From assembly GCF_018977255.1 (NCBI RefSeq), contig NW_024704743.1, positions 86,988,001-87,052,000 on the forward strand: a stretch of 64,000 nt of DNA. Reading direction: 5' to 3'. The stretch is from Callorhinchus milii (Eukaryota). This document shows, piece after piece, positions 48,751 to 62,398 of the stretch (position 1 is its first letter; every line of letters starts with the position of its first letter). The notes beneath the pieces are model-generated. The model was not told where the DNA came from, did not search any database, and saw only the letters and a list, made by a program, of their open reading frames with translations. The translations under genes were made by a program, and so were the position numbers.

Positions 48751-50513
48751 ATAATGTGAAGGCTTTAACTGCAGAGGGGTATAAACAAAGCTTAAAGACA
48801 ACAGAGTATATTTGTTGAATAGAAATGTGAACATAGTTTGCCAGCAAACTAGATCACAATCGTTGATGCTATTTTAATAATAATATTAATAAATTAATAT
48901 TTAAATAATGTCAGAAATGTACTTTGTTACAAAGGTACTTTAAAATCCCTGTCTGTTTTAATTTTTTTAATTCCACTTATTTTGGATGAAGCTTCTTAAA
49001 TAATCAAAATAGAAATACACTCAAGTGTATTTACTCTTATTTATAGTACTAGTAAATCAGGTATCTTATGTACAGGGCTACATATAAGCTGCAAATCCAC
49101 ATATACTGCACCCAAATCTTCTGATATATTTACACCTTTACCCACATTTACTGACAGTGGTACTAATAGCCGTGGCACTAAGAACATATTGACTGTAGGA
49201 GAAGGTGCTTGAAATCTGAGCTAAAAAATCCTACCAGTGTCACTGGACCTTAGCACTAGGTAAAATCCAGAGTATCATATATTTCACACCATTGTATAAG
49301 ATGCTCCATATTTTATGACAATTTGATTTACATATAATTCAGGCCATTTGTACTCAGAGAGAATGAAGACCAGCACGACAGTTGAAACCATGGATTTTAC
49401 TAAGGTTTAGTGATTCCTGACAATGTGACCATCATGATCAACTTTAACGATCCTCATACAATATTTTATCTCTTAAAGGGCAAGTCACAGTATTTAGTCA
49501 TTTTCAGCACTACTAATTATCACACAGTTTACTTTTTAAACAGTGTAAAGGTTAAAATTGTTTTTCTTTTTAAAATAATGTGACTACCATAATGTGCTTA
49601 TTGCTGCCTTTTCAATTATTTTCAACTAAGCAGAGATCTTTTGATCCTCAAACATCTCTCTCTTGCACTGAATAAATAAAAATTGTACCTTTAAACAGTC
49701 TTGACACACGGTGTGGGAAGTATTAATATTTAAATCACAAAGTGCTAGAATTGTTTCCCTGATTCCTGTGCCAAGCAGAGGCAGATTGCTTGCTGGTGAG
49801 AGGAAAAAAATCAGAGAGCTTGCTGAACAGGACTGCTCTCATACATCTCCTAGTGGTGAATTGAAGAAGACAGAGATGAAAACCTGTCCCTTCTCTCTCT
49901 CTTAGCGCAAAATTTCACATTGTCTTAGTCTGTAACAATCAGTTATTTTAAAATTTAAGATCAATACAATGCAAATGTATATTTATATAGCGACTTTCGC
50001 AGCAAGTCACTTGACAATTCTTGTACAGAATCACAACCCTTCACAGAAAGTGCTTTGAGATCTTCGATGATATGGGTTAAATATTTAAATGCAAGGATTA
50101 TTATTATTTGTGTAATCTGGAAGGTGCTTTTCCAGAAACTGAATTTAAGAATTCTCAGCAATTCTGTGACAACTTAAATTGAACGTTGGGTCTTTGATTT
50201 GGAAAAGTTGTGTGATCACAAGATGACTTTGGATGAAGACAGCCCTTTGGCTGATCCAATCTCATCCCTCCAGAATACCCACTTTACTGTCCCCCCACCC
50301 CCCCACCCCTGTTCCTCCAACACTGGATATCATTTTCGTTGCTCTCCCCTCATTATCTCTAGGGTCTGGACAGTCTGAGTATGATACTTGGGGAAGTAAA
50401 CTCAACTGATTTTGCAACATAGTCCAGCATCCTATTTGCCTTGTTTATTGCTGCCAATCCAGAGCCCTGCACAATGAGAATAAGCCTAGCTCATAGTGAA
50501 TCAACAGCAAAAC

Positions 50514-50740
50514 CCTAGTAATTTATGATTCCCACAATCCCATCATTTATAATTCCCATAATCTCAGAGAGGTATCATCCCCAAAATTCCAGTGATTTAG
50601 GATTCCCACAATTCCAGAAATTGTATCATTCCCACAATTCCAGCAATTATAAATCCCCAAATCCCAGTGATTTATTATTACCACAAAACCAGTGATTTAG
50701 TATTCCACAATCCCAGAGCGTTATCACCAAACACCCAGTG
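50514..50740. repeat. Degenerate ~25-bp minisatellite, ~9 units
   Basis: Units resemble TCCAGTGATTTAGGATTCCCACAAT, directly abutting with no unique spacers. Confidence 0.8.
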
Positions 50741-51019
50741 TAAACGTAGCATTCCTTAAGTTGTGAGGGAGGGGTATGAATATAGATAAAACTTTCAATA
50801 AGAGAAAACTCTGAAATGACTTCTAAAATAAGTGAAATATTGTACAGAATATAAATCCTGTCTGAGAACATTTCATGTACCCAATGGGACTGACACTATG
50901 CTGTTCTATGGAGTATTTAATCACTGGTTTCCATATTTATTCCTCTATTCTTCAACCCTACTTTTATTGTGAAACTTGTTCAGGTCCCTTTTAAAGGGAC
51001 ATATTGACAAAGCACATTA

Positions 51020-51390
51020 CGTTGGGTGGTGTTGTAACATTTGTTTTTGAGTCAGAGATTGTGGGTTCAAGCCCACATTGGGGCTTAGCACCAAGGCAGT
51101 GCTGGTGGAACTCAGAATCATTGGAGATGCCATCCTTTGGATGAGATGTTAAACCGAGGTCCTGTATGTCTGTTCAGATGAACATTGAAAGATTCCATGG
51201 TACTATTTGAAAGAAAAAGGAGGGAGTTTCTCCCTGTGTCCTGGCCAACGATGTATCAGATACAATTGTTTATTCATTTCATGGCTGTTTGTAAGATATT
51301 GCTGAGCACAAATTGGTTGTCGCCTTTGGTTACAAAATACACATACACTACACTTTACAATGAATCCTTTAAAGCACTTTGAGATGTCCT
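51020..51390 (+). mobile_element. SINE family A
   Basis: GAGTCAGAGATTGTGGGTTCAAGCCC...GGATGAGATGTTAAACCGAGG...GCACAAATTGG. Confidence 0.85.
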
Positions 51391-52082
51391 CCCTGTCCAA
51401 CCAATTCTTACTTCCATGTTTTCTACCCTTCAGCATATGAAAGACAGATTATATATGCTCTCAATGTGCCTTCCATAGGTTCGATTCTGTCAAACTATCC
51501 TCATAACTTAGGAGTTTTGAATGTCACAATATTTGTTGTTACTGTTCTTTGAACCAATAAATTGCACAGGCTTAAAATAATCTGTATTGATTTACATTCA
51601 ATTGTCAGCGAGATACATTCCAATACTTCTTTAACCTTGTTGATAACAGACTCTCATTTACTGCATTTCATTCTGTGAACAGTGGACAATCAAACACAAA
51701 TTATAATTTTGTTCTACCGTTATTAATGTAGAACACTGGCACTGTGTACATATTTTTCCTGAAACCAATGTACATTCGTTTACATTTCAACACATTAACT
51801 TCTAGCTGATGTTCCTCAGCCATCTGCTTAGTTTGCCCTAATACTACTGAATATCAATCTTGCTGGCTACCTTGTTATCGTAATTTATTATCGTTGGTGA
51901 ATTTGACGATATTACTTAAGGCCCATCCTCCATATCATTTGCAAATACTGCAAATAGATTAGCTAATATACAAATAATGCCATAAATTACAAGTATACAA
52001 CTTCAGCAGTTTTCAAATGTCCTCTGAGTGCCTGAAACTGAGTTGCAGCATTTTCCACCTCATATTATTTGAATTAAGTTAC

Positions 52083-52455
52083 AGCCTGCCTCAATGTTTA
52101 GCACTATTATCTCTGAGTCAAAAGGTTTTGAGTTCAAGGGGCTTTGAGCTCATAGTCTAAACTGACACTCCAGTGCAGTCCTGGGGGAACGCTGCATTGC
52201 TCTAGGGGCCATCCTTCAGATGAAAGTTGAACTGAAGTCGAGTCTGCATGTTCAGGTGGATGTTAAAGATCCCATGGCACTATTGAAAAAGAGAAGGGTG
52301 TTTCTCCCAGTGCCCTGGCCAACAATCCCACCGATAAAATTGGTCATTCTGTTCTTGGCTGATTGTGGGACATGGCTGAGTACATATCGGCTGCTGCATT
52401 CACCATAAGAATATATAGTCGCTGCACTTTACAGAAAAAAAATCCTGTCAAGCAT
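52083..52455 (+). mobile_element. SINE family A
   Basis: CTCTGAGTCA...CTGACACTCCAGTGCAGT...GGTGGATGTTAAAGATCCCATGGCAC. Confidence 0.85.
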
Positions 52456-53861
52456 ATTAATAATGATATATTATTAATGATTATATAGTAACCAGAAATG
52501 TATCACCCCATTTGTGGGAACTCCATTCCAACATAATCTATTATGGAGAGGAGTTCTTGTGTGTCACCTTAAATTCTAATGGGATTCCTTGTTAAGAAAT
52601 ATTGATCCCCAATATCCACACATCTTTCCCTCAGCCCAGAAGCAGAGCATTGCTGTGTTCTGTGGAGTATGTGTTTATCTAAGTCTGTGCCTATCCCTCC
52701 AGTATTATTCTCAAGCGTGCTCTGATTCGGTTCGTTTTAAGGAGTTAATCGAGGCAGCCTCAACTGCACTGTGTTTTACAGAGGCTCTTGTATGTATTAT
52801 AAAACTGTTATCGTTTCAGGTAAGTCATCATTGACAGAGGAGGGAACAAATCTTCTATTGAAATAAAAATCCTTTTTCCAAGTGCTCGACTACACAAGCA
52901 AACAAAAACATTCAGCCGATTCCAATTCTCCGCATTTCAGCCAGTCAAGCTAACACTGCTTTCTTCAATATTATTTCATCCCGCTGTTACTGCCATAGTG
53001 CTTTACAGTAACCCGAGGGTCAATTCAGCAGTTAGTTATAAGATCTTAAGCCTTGCCAGTGTATATTGCAGCAGGCTGTGATATGACAGGGATTTGCTTC
53101 ACTGTGCAAAACTCAAAAGAGCAGGTTCTGTCTGAGCTCATTTGCAGATTCCGGCAGAGTGCACAGCACACCTGTTGTGCTGTCCTGATTTCCTTTCTGA
53201 TCATGGACTTCTGACAATGAAAAAAAAGATTTTTATCGAATGCTCTCCACTGGACAATGAATTTTCTTCACCATTTGAATGTATCTCCGGAATGCCTGAG
53301 TGATTCATTACAGCTGATTCTGAAGTATGACAATGGGCCGCAGAAATGACTGATGGTATCTGCTTCCTGATTTCATTTCCCTGATCCTCTTCATCCCTGG
53401 CCTGTGTACCTCGATTAATTAGAAAAGAGGGATTTTCAGTCATCAGCTGATGGGTTTCATGTACTGTTCTGTCACAAATCTCCTGCCTGCACTATCTTCC
53501 TTATGAGTGTTGCTTCTGCTTTTGATGTGGTGCTTTGTGGGTATATTGTAGCCTCCTGCTGCTTCCATCAACTCCACTTTAAACAATATACTATATAGAA
53601 AAATCCCTCTCACTGACCAGCTCCAGAGAGAGAGAGAGAGAAAAACACCTCAACCAAGTATTATCATTTATAAAGCCCTGTTCAGATTATGCACATTTTA
53701 CTGATATCCTGGGATAAACCAGTAGTTTAACCCCAGGGTTTTCGCAAGGCAGTTTGCAGGAAGAAAAGGGCTGTTACCAGGTACATATCAAGGATATGTC
53801 TATGAAATGTACTGAGGTATTTCAATATACACAATTAAAACATCACCTTAGTAGAGGAATA

Positions 53862-54290
53862 ATACTTGCATTTAGTACCACATTTTATTAGGTCAAAAAA
53901 GAATAGAATGCCCCTAAAACAGGGTTACATTGAATCACTTCAATATGATAAGGCAGTGACTGTTATGTAGGCAAATATGACAACTGATCTACACAAGCAA
54001 CATCTCAATCGCAAGCAAACAAGACGAACGGTCATCTCATGTGTTTTTGATTAATTTGGCCGAGGCAAGAACTGACCAGAGCAAAGGGAGAACTCCCTGC
54101 TCTTCAATAGTGTTATGAATTTGTCAACAGCCAGATTGGACCTCAGTTTAATGCCTCATCCAAAGGACAACAGCTCTACCAATGCAGTATACCCTCGGTA
54201 CTGAATTGGAGTACCCAGTTTGCAGTATTAACATACAATGCTTTGACGCACTGGTGAGAATCTCATGAACTGTGCCAAATTGCTGTATGC
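53862..54290 (-). mobile_element. Decayed SINE family A
   Basis: TAATACTTGCATTTA...CCTCAGTTTAATGCCTCATCCAAAGGAC...AATGCAGTATACCCTCGGTACTG. Confidence 0.7.
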
Positions 54291-54398
54291 ATAATTCAAG
54301 CTAGTTCCCAGTACAGTAATGTTACTTTCGTAAAGAATTAGGGAAGAGGTAGCAATAAAATGAGAACCGTTGCTCTTTATCAAAGTGCATCAAGGAAT

Positions 54399-54820
54399 AG
54401 CCTGGCTCACTTGGTATCAATCTCACCTTTGAGTCAGAATGTTGTGGGTTCAAATAGGACTTTAACTCACATAGTCCAGACTGACGCCTCGATTGCAGAG
54501 CTGGGGTGCGGGGGTGTTGTATTGTTGGATGTCCGTCCTTTGGATGAGATGTTAAATTGAGATTCTGCCTGTTCAGGTGGAAGATCCCATAGCACTTCTC
54601 AAAAAGGGAAGGGAGTTTTCGTGGCAAACTATTCCCCAAATAAAATTGGTTATTCAATTCAGGACTGTTTGTGGGACATTGCTGAGTGCACTTTAGGCTG
54701 CCACGTTTGCCTACAAATACACAGGCTTTACAGTAAAATCCTGTTAAGTCCTTTGAGACACCAGCCCAATGTTAAAGGCACTACACCAAATGCAAGAATT
54801 ATTTTTTTTATTATTATTGT
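54399..54820 (+). mobile_element. SINE family A, full length
   Basis: GCCTGGCTCACTTGG head, GTGGGTTCAAAT B box, TGTGGGACATTGCTG Deu block, CAAATGCAAGAATTATT tail. Confidence 0.88.
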
Positions 54821-56237
54821 TATCATTAGTGGAAGCTTACTGATTAAAGGCAGATGTCAGCCAGGTAGCTGACGAGGAAACAGCTGCTGAAGGCATTACC
54901 TGGAATCCGAATTCATGAACACAAATTAATACATCCAGCACCAGGAATACCCCCTGATTTTCTTGCAGAGAGGCAAGCAGCTGTTGCTAAACTGGTGGAA
55001 TCATTGCTCAGTGGGAAGGGATGTGTGTCTGAGCAGCGGACAGGAAGATGGTGGAAATGCTCCAACCATTTCATCTTGAGCTGTACAGCCTGTCAGGAAG
55101 CTTACAGGGAGTTCCTGGTATCTATCATCCACCTAGTGAGGGCTCAAACCCCAGTTTGTCAGCTGTCAAATGACCAACTAGTGACTATCCTCCTTGGGAG
55201 GGAGGTAAGCAGGGACTCCTGAGAGCTGGACGAGGTCCAAGGTACATGTTTTACAATGGAATGTCTGTATTGAGCCAGTTCTCTATGGTGGTCACAGTGG
55301 TCCAGTTCCTGAGTGAGGAGCGTCCTCAGTACTTAGGGCACTGCTGATGACAGCACAGTCAGGCTCGCTTATAGGCAGGTCCTGGAAGGGTAGACCAGTC
55401 ACTGGGGGTGGGGACACTTCCCACTAAGTCCCATTAATCCTGCAAGCCAAAGCGTTAACGGGTAGGGTGGTCCTAGCTGCTATCAATGGCAAGCTATGCC
55501 GTTTTGGCTGGTTAGACTCCAGCAGTATCTCAACGTACACTCTGCGGTCCTCAAGCCTTGACTCTTGCCAACCTGCGCCTAATATTTTCTGGAATTAGGT
55601 AAGCAGGACATGTCCCTCCTGCGACAGTGTGAGCATTCCATTCCAATAAACAGCTCTGGTATTTCCATGTTTAGCTGGGATGCATGGATACTCTTAAACA
55701 TGGTGATGGGTTTCCGCATGTGTCAGACAACCAGCTGATTCAAAACAAAAGCATGGTGACTGACGACATTAAAGACATCTGTTACAATGACTTTCCACTG
55801 AGGTAAAACTATTGTAAAGTGAAAGTGGGAACAGGGCATTCTTACACTTCAGTAAAATTGATGTAGTCAGTGCCAACTTGTTCTCGACAGATCCAGGCTG
55901 TCAAAATCGTGGTGAGGTGCAAGAGGAACTCAGCTACCCTGTTACCAAACACATTAAACACTGCCTTTGCCTACAAATATTAAGTTTGTTCCAGACTGAT
56001 ATGTTTCTCACTTCTCGTAATGTTTCTGCAGAAAAAAAACAATTGTTTGAACCTGTGGTACATCCAAAGCAGATTATTTTCAGAAATAAAATCTGGATAC
56101 ATTAAAAAAGTTGATACACAAGTCTAATTTACACTTGTACTGCTTCTCTTACATTGAATGAATGTTGCTGCTGCTACAAAGTGGCTGCTGCGTTCAACTA
56201 CAAAGTACAGTCACTACACATTACAGTGAAATCCTTC

Positions 56238-56298
56238 AAAAACAACAACAAGATTACATTTGTATAGCGCCCTTCACATCGGGAGGACGTCCCAAGGC
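56238..56298 (-). mobile_element. Ultra-short L2 3' end inside a Deu SINE fragment (~56160-56315)
   Basis: (CAA)nGATTACATTTGTATAGCGCCCTTCACATCGGGAGGACGTCCCAAGG; CCTTC on both sides. Confidence 0.8.
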
Positions 56299-57729
56299 CC
56301 TTCTAAAGGATTATAATTCAAAGTGCCTGGTAGATCAATTTTGAAACTGAGTAAAGAAAAGGGAGATTTAAGACTAAAGGCATTGATGAACAGATGTACT
56401 TGTAACATGGCTTCATGGCAACCGGCTCCAAAAAGTGCTTGTCCTGAAAATGCCGCATAAATGGTGCCTTGCGCTGGAAAAAGCACCTTGGTAAGTGAAG
56501 TGCATCTCTCCTCCAGGGAGCCCCACGTATGTCACATTGAAACCCGAGAATCTGACTTCAAGGCAATCATACTCCCTCCACAGACAATTATGAAATGTGT
56601 TATCAAATCTGATGAGAAACATTACATTTCTCCATGCAATCGTACCCAGACTTTTTGTGATTGTGTGCACCTCTCCCAACCCCCTTCCTCCACTTAACTT
56701 CAGAACAATGGTTAAGTTGGCGATTTCACTGTTCCCAGACTGCTTTATCAGGTGCCGACTTAATTCAATTGTATCCTGTGAGGTGGCACTGAAACACTGG
56801 CACAGAGGTCAGCAACAAGGATCTTGGCTGCTAGTGGAATCCATGATGATGATACAGAAATCTTGTAATCAAATTTATAGACCGAACCATTGAGCTGTGG
56901 TGGTGGCTGAGAGGTTCATTCTCATTCTTTATGAATAGATGAAAAATTCACTGTTTCATAACAATTCAAAACCCCAGTCAATAATATAGAATCTTTTAAC
57001 AAACGTCAAATGCCCCTCTCCTGTCTCCTAAAAAAAACTCATCAGAGAGCTCACCCGAGTCCCAGATCAAACGTAAACTTCAAAATCATCTTCTGTCTAC
57101 TATCGTCTTCGGTTTCCTACCAGTACCATCAATTCAACTTTCCCCTGTCTCCATTGTCCTCACACAATTTAAGAGAAGAATATTGATATTTGTGACCTTT
57201 TTACTATATGTGCAAAGTTTAGAGTTCAGTTCAATTCCCAAGTTCAGTAAACAAAGAACTTACATCTTTACAATAATGACAGGTGTCATGTTCGATAATG
57301 CATTTGATGTGATAATCCGTGGATTTAACCCACTGCACCCCCCCACCACCACCACCCTTCCCCATCCTCGTACACACAACATTGACTTAGTGATTGTGCC
57401 TGAGGAAACTCCTGTACAGAAACCTTCCCCAATGACAGAGATCAGCATCTGAGGCAGCTAAAACAGGATACTGGCTTAATTCAGTCCGTATCCTGTCAGG
57501 CAGCATTCAAATGCTGCTTCCAGGATCTCAAATGAAACTCAGGTCAGCTTGGGAAGGGTCAAAGATAACAATGACTTTTTTTTTACTAAACTAGCACAGA
57601 AGAAACAATCCAATACAAGGGAGATGGAGGGGGGAGGGGGGGATTTAGGATCCAGTGATAGTTAAGGAACGGGTCTATCTCTGCAGCGTTTTCCATAATG
57701 CTTTGTTTTCATATCAAATCTATTCTCAA

Positions 57730-58075
57730 ATGCCATTGATTTCACCCATAGTGCTTTAACATGTCCAAACATCTTACGGGACTGTCAAGTGAAGTGTTTT
57801 TACAGGCAAACGCAGCAGCGATGAAGTGAATAATCAAATAATATGGAGGATTATTAACTAGGACACTCACGGAAAATCCTTTTGAATAATGTTATGGGAT
57901 CTTTATCATCCACTTAAACAGACAGAACCTTGATTTAGCACCTCCAACAATGCAGCACTTCCTTTACACTGCACTGGAGTGTCAGACTTGACTTTGAGCT
58001 CAAGTCCCAATTTGGAGAGGCTTGAACCACAACCTTCTGACTCAGAGGAAAGGATGTTACGGACTGAGCATGCTG
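57730..58075 (-). mobile_element. SINE family A
   Basis: TGCACTGGAGTGTCAG...CTTGAACCACAACCTTCTGACTCAGAG. Confidence 0.8.
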
Positions 58076-58279
58076 GCACCTCTGTCAGCATTTTCAACTG
58101 TGGAGATGGATTGACCCAAATTTGTGCTGATTTAGCTGATATCAGTTAGCGCAGCTGTAAAGCATCTACAATTGACCTCACTGCCACCAGGCGGAGTAAA
58201 GGAAATGTCAACCATGGTTCCTGATCGCTATTCAGTGAGTCCTGCTGGAAAGTGTAATTGTATGTTGAGTTAGAGCTTG

Positions 58280-58998
58280 ACGCCTGTCTCTGCCTTGACC
58301 ACCCCCCCTCCCCACCCAGCTGCTGATCACCCAGCTCCCCCTCCTCTGCCCACTGCTGGCAGACATCATTAATCAGTCCCTCTCCTTAGGGTCAGTCCCA
58401 CTCCGCCACATTGCCCTTCTCCGACAGTACCGACAAAATTCAACTCATCTAAAACTCTGACGCCCACATTCTCACCCGAACTAAACTCCGCAACCCGTTT
58501 ACCCAGTCCTTGCTAAACTCCACTGGCTCCCTGTCACAAAGCAGATTGTCTTTAAGATCCTCACTCTGGTGTTTAAATTCCTCCACACCTTGGCACCCCT
58601 CTATCTCTCCAACCACTTATCTCCTCAGCGCCATACCCGCTGCCTCCGCTCTACTGGCTCTGGCCTCCTCCTTGTCCCTCGAATCCTCCGCTCCACCATT
58701 GGCGTCCGTGCCTTCAGCCACTACATCCTGAAGCTATGGAATTCCCTTCCTCAATCCCTTTGCCTTTCCCCCTCTTTCCCCATTTTCAGGTTGCGCCTGA
58801 AGACCTTCCTCTTCAACTGTGCCTATGATCACCTTTCCCCTCCCCCTGGCTCAGCATCAGGCTCCACCATTGTTAAGCGCTCTGGGATGCCGCCCAGCAT
58901 AACCTTTTTCTCTGATTCTGTGAGCTTCAGAAGCAAGCCACCTGCATCATGGAGGGAAAAAGGCAGGGCTGATTAGCCTATATAAATGCTGTTGTTGT
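58280..58998 (+). mobile_element. L2 LINE fragment with internal deletion and a foreign insert in its tail
   Basis: LHWLP-like codons CTCCACTGGCTCCCTG; ORF RAFSHYILKLWNSLPQSL...FRLRLKTFLF; end TATATAAATGCTGTTGTTG. Confidence 0.88.
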
Positions 58999-59149
58999 AG
59001 AACAGTAACAGCCTCTGCTATATTGCCCTCTTTGGCACATACCAACATATACTCTCCAAGCTCACACAAAAATAATAGTCAGTCATGTGAAGAATCTTCT
59101 CCTGGGAGAGGAAGTGAGAAAACATATCATAATCCAGAAGTTTGATAAT

Positions 59150-59405
59150 AATAATCTTCTCATTTGATATTGCACCTATAATGTCAAGAAAGTGTCAAAA
59201 TGCTTCACAAAATAGCTGTAAAGTTAATGAATATGTGCTTTCAATCAAACACTAGACAATTTATGCACAGCAATGTCCCAGAAACAGCCATGCAATGAAT
59301 GATCAATGCTATTTGGAGGTTTTCTGGGAGAACCTCCTTTCTCTTTCCGTAAATTGTAGCATCCACATGAGCAAATAGACGGGGCTCGGTTTAATGTCTC
59401 ATCCC
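59150..59405 (-). mobile_element. Decayed SINE family A
   Basis: ATAATAATAATCTT...CACAGCAATGTCCCA...CTCGGTTTAATGTCTCATCC. Confidence 0.7.
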
Positions 59406-60809
59406 TCTCTTTAGCTTTCTCTTCATGTCATAGACATCAAGACCAGAATGTTTACTAACAATATTTGGAAGAACTATATTATCCTCTGCAATATTTGTAG
59501 TATTAAGCACACATTTTCTGAATTGCAATTGCAATTGCTGCAGACCGAATAAAAAGACATATCACAAAATCACAAGATTCGTGGTATATATAATGTATGA
59601 TTCAACCATTATGCAAGTTGTTCCCTTTTTTTTTGTGTGTAACTTTTGCAGTTTTCATGGTAAACACATTCCTGCTCTCATTCTTTAGAGTAAGTTATTC
59701 CTTCCCAGCGTATGTTTAAATCACAACTGAAGCACATTGTTCAGTCAATGGCCTTGTGTTAGGTGTACTTTCTTAGTGCCTTCCTCCTCCCTTAGAAGAG
59801 AAGAAGATAGGATGGCAAGATTCTTGCTAGATGACAGATGAAATCTGTCTTACTGAGTGAGACATGAAACTGCAGGTGATATATGATAATATGTAGTCCC
59901 AGGCTAATCAGCCCTGCCCTTTTCCCTCCATGATGTCACTTGGATGCAGGTGGCTTGCTTCTGAAGCTCACAGATACAGAGAAAAAGGCTGTGCATTGTC
60001 AGGGGTAACAGAAGGTTTCTATCTCCTCCATCTGTGTGGTCTTTATTGTGATGCTCTTGGACCTTAGCCATCACAACCCCTTTCCCTTCTCGGTAGAATC
60101 TTTGTCCTAGTGAACGTCACTTAAATAAGTCTGCAGGTTTGTTTTTCCTGGTGTTTCCTTTTTCCCAGTCAGTGTCATCTCTGGTCAATGGATACATGTT
60201 TTTCTTTCATTATATTTAAGTCAGCAGTGATTACAGTTCACGATTTTTAGATATTAAACCCAGGAGGGGAATTTTTCTTACTGAGCAGGATTCTGACCCA
60301 ATGTGTTTTTACAAGTTCAGTAACTTCTTTCTGATTAACCTAAGTCATTACTTCAATGAAAAACATTTGACATCTGGCCTGGGAAATCAGAAGGCCGACC
60401 ATGGTTGCTTTGCTTTGAAAAAAAGTCAGGATTTACACTACTCCTTGAGTTGGCACAGTTCCTCGGTCAAGCAAAAGGTTCTCTCATCACCTGCAAATAT
60501 TTTGCTTAATTATTTTTTTAACTCGCAGGCTGAGCTATAACATGTTCCATAACTTTAGGTCTTGCATGATGGTGCAGCTCTACTATTGAGTGATTGACTT
60601 GCATTTTCAGAAATAGTTAGATCTAAAAATATGCGAGGGCCTGGACAATTGCCTACAGATCTGTTCACATGGATTCTGTACTGCAGGTTTTCCTTTGTAA
60701 GAGGAATCTACAGATGATTCCCCTTTTAGGACTTGAAAATACTTATTGCAAAAATGTTGGAAATATTACCAACCAACACAGTCACCCACTGAAAGATAGC
60801 ATTGATCTC

Positions 60810-60915
60810 ACCTTCACCCCCTTTCCCTTGCTCGGCGTCCAACCCCATCCCTCTTAAGCACGCCAAGATGTTACCCTACGTGAAGGGCATTATATGAATG
60901 CCAGTTGTTGTTGTT
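60810..60915 (+). mobile_element. L2 3' fragment
   Basis: TGCTCGGCGTCC...CTACGTGAAGGGCATTATATGAATGCCAGTTGTTGTTG. Confidence 0.7.
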
Positions 60916-61605
60916 CAATTTGATTTAACATCTCAATGTAGCAGTACCCCAGCACTGTATTAGAGAGCCAGTCTCGAATGAGAGTTCAACTGAGTAAATC
61001 TCTCTATTTAGTCTACAGTTTCAACTTCAATGTCACGAAGATTTTATGCCGCAGCTATTTTGTGTCTTCTTCATGAAATTGTAAATGACTTAAAATCTGA
61101 AACAATTTGTAATTTGTTAAATGTGCGTTTGATAGCTTTGTTTTATTTTAATCAACAGCCAAAGCAGAAAATTAACTGCAGTAGGGAATCATATTAGAAT
61201 TAACAGCTAAAGAACAGAATAAGGTTACAGGCAAACCGATTGCTTTTAATGATTGAAATGACCAATCACAAGTTTGCTTCACAGCCAGGATGACATTGCT
61301 GTGCTTTCCTCATCTGCAGTTTTGGCAGTGGTCACTTCAATAGTTGGCAGTCCAGTTTAATTCAATTAGAAGTCTGTTGTAGGGTGATAAGACCAGTTAA
61401 TAAGCTCATAAAAAATACTGAATCATCCACATTACTACAAGCTAACCGGTTCATTTTGTTTCATTTCATTGATGCTAACATTCAAATCTGCTAATTGGAC
61501 TCTTCCTCACCATAAGCACAATTCTTTTTCTAGTCAATTTAACCAATTTGATAAGTCTGAATAGCACTGCAGCAATATCATGGTTTTAATTGAAAAAGAG
61601 CACAA

Positions 61606-62398
61606 TAACAACAACAACAACAAAATTACATTTGTATAGCGCCTTTCACATTGGGAGGATGTCCCAAGGCACTGGACAGTCAGTGTTTCGGACCTGAGCT
61701 GCAGGTCGAGGAGGGTGGAGGGCAGAGGGGGAAACAGGGTGATCGAAGGCACAGTCAAAGAGGAGGATCTTGAGATGGGTCTTGAAGGAGGGAAGGGACG
61801 GCAAGGCGGAGGGACTGTGGGATGGAGATCCAGAAGGTAGGGGCAGAGTGGCAAAAGGCCCACCTGCCAATGGTGGGTCGGGCGAGGCAGGGAATGTGAA
61901 GCAGGCCAGAACCTGCTGAGCGGTGGAAGCGGGCAGGAAGGTAGGGTGTTAGGAGGTCGCAGATGTAGGGGGGAGCAAGGCCACGGAGGGCTTTGAAGGT
62001 GAGGACCAGGATCTTGAACTGTATCCTCTGTGTGATGGGAAGTCAGTGGAGTCAGGCGAGGATGGGGGTGATAGGGTCATGGAGTCTGGTGCGGGAAGGA
62101 TACGGGCTGCAGAGTTCTGGATGATCTGCAGCCTATGGAGGGGGGAGTTGGGGAGGCCGACAAGCAATGAGTTTGCATAGTCGAGCCTCAATGTAATTAA
62201 AGCATGTATGAGGGTTTGGTGGCCTGCGGTGTGAGACAGTGATGGAGCCGGGCGATGTTGCGGAGGTGGGGGAAGGCAGAGCGGGTCATGGCGCAGATGT
62301 GGGGTAGAAAAGACAGTTGAGGGTGAAACAAGATGCCAAGGTTCCGGACTGGCTTAGCAAGGTGGAGTGTGCAACCATGGATGGTGATGCTGTCAACG
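61606..62398 (-). mobile_element. 5'-truncated L2 LINE
   Basis: (CAA)n tail; [18 protein letters not shown]...HLRNIARL and [13 protein letters not shown]...[12 protein letters not shown], typical L2 ORF2 C-terminus. Confidence 0.93.

Noticed and set aside
50514..50740. CRISPR array
   Set aside because: Degenerate abutting units, no unique spacers, no cas genes, vertebrate context.
57463..57496. ACAGGATAC/GTATCCTGT hairpin
   Set aside because: A 9-bp stem with a weak interior is plausible by chance in 64 kb; no other support.
58100..58270. Possible third ancient SINE split by the L2 (with 59000-59120 and 16560-16690)
   Set aside because: It looks familiar as a chondrichthyan repeat, but in-window similarity between the pieces is too weak to support a call.
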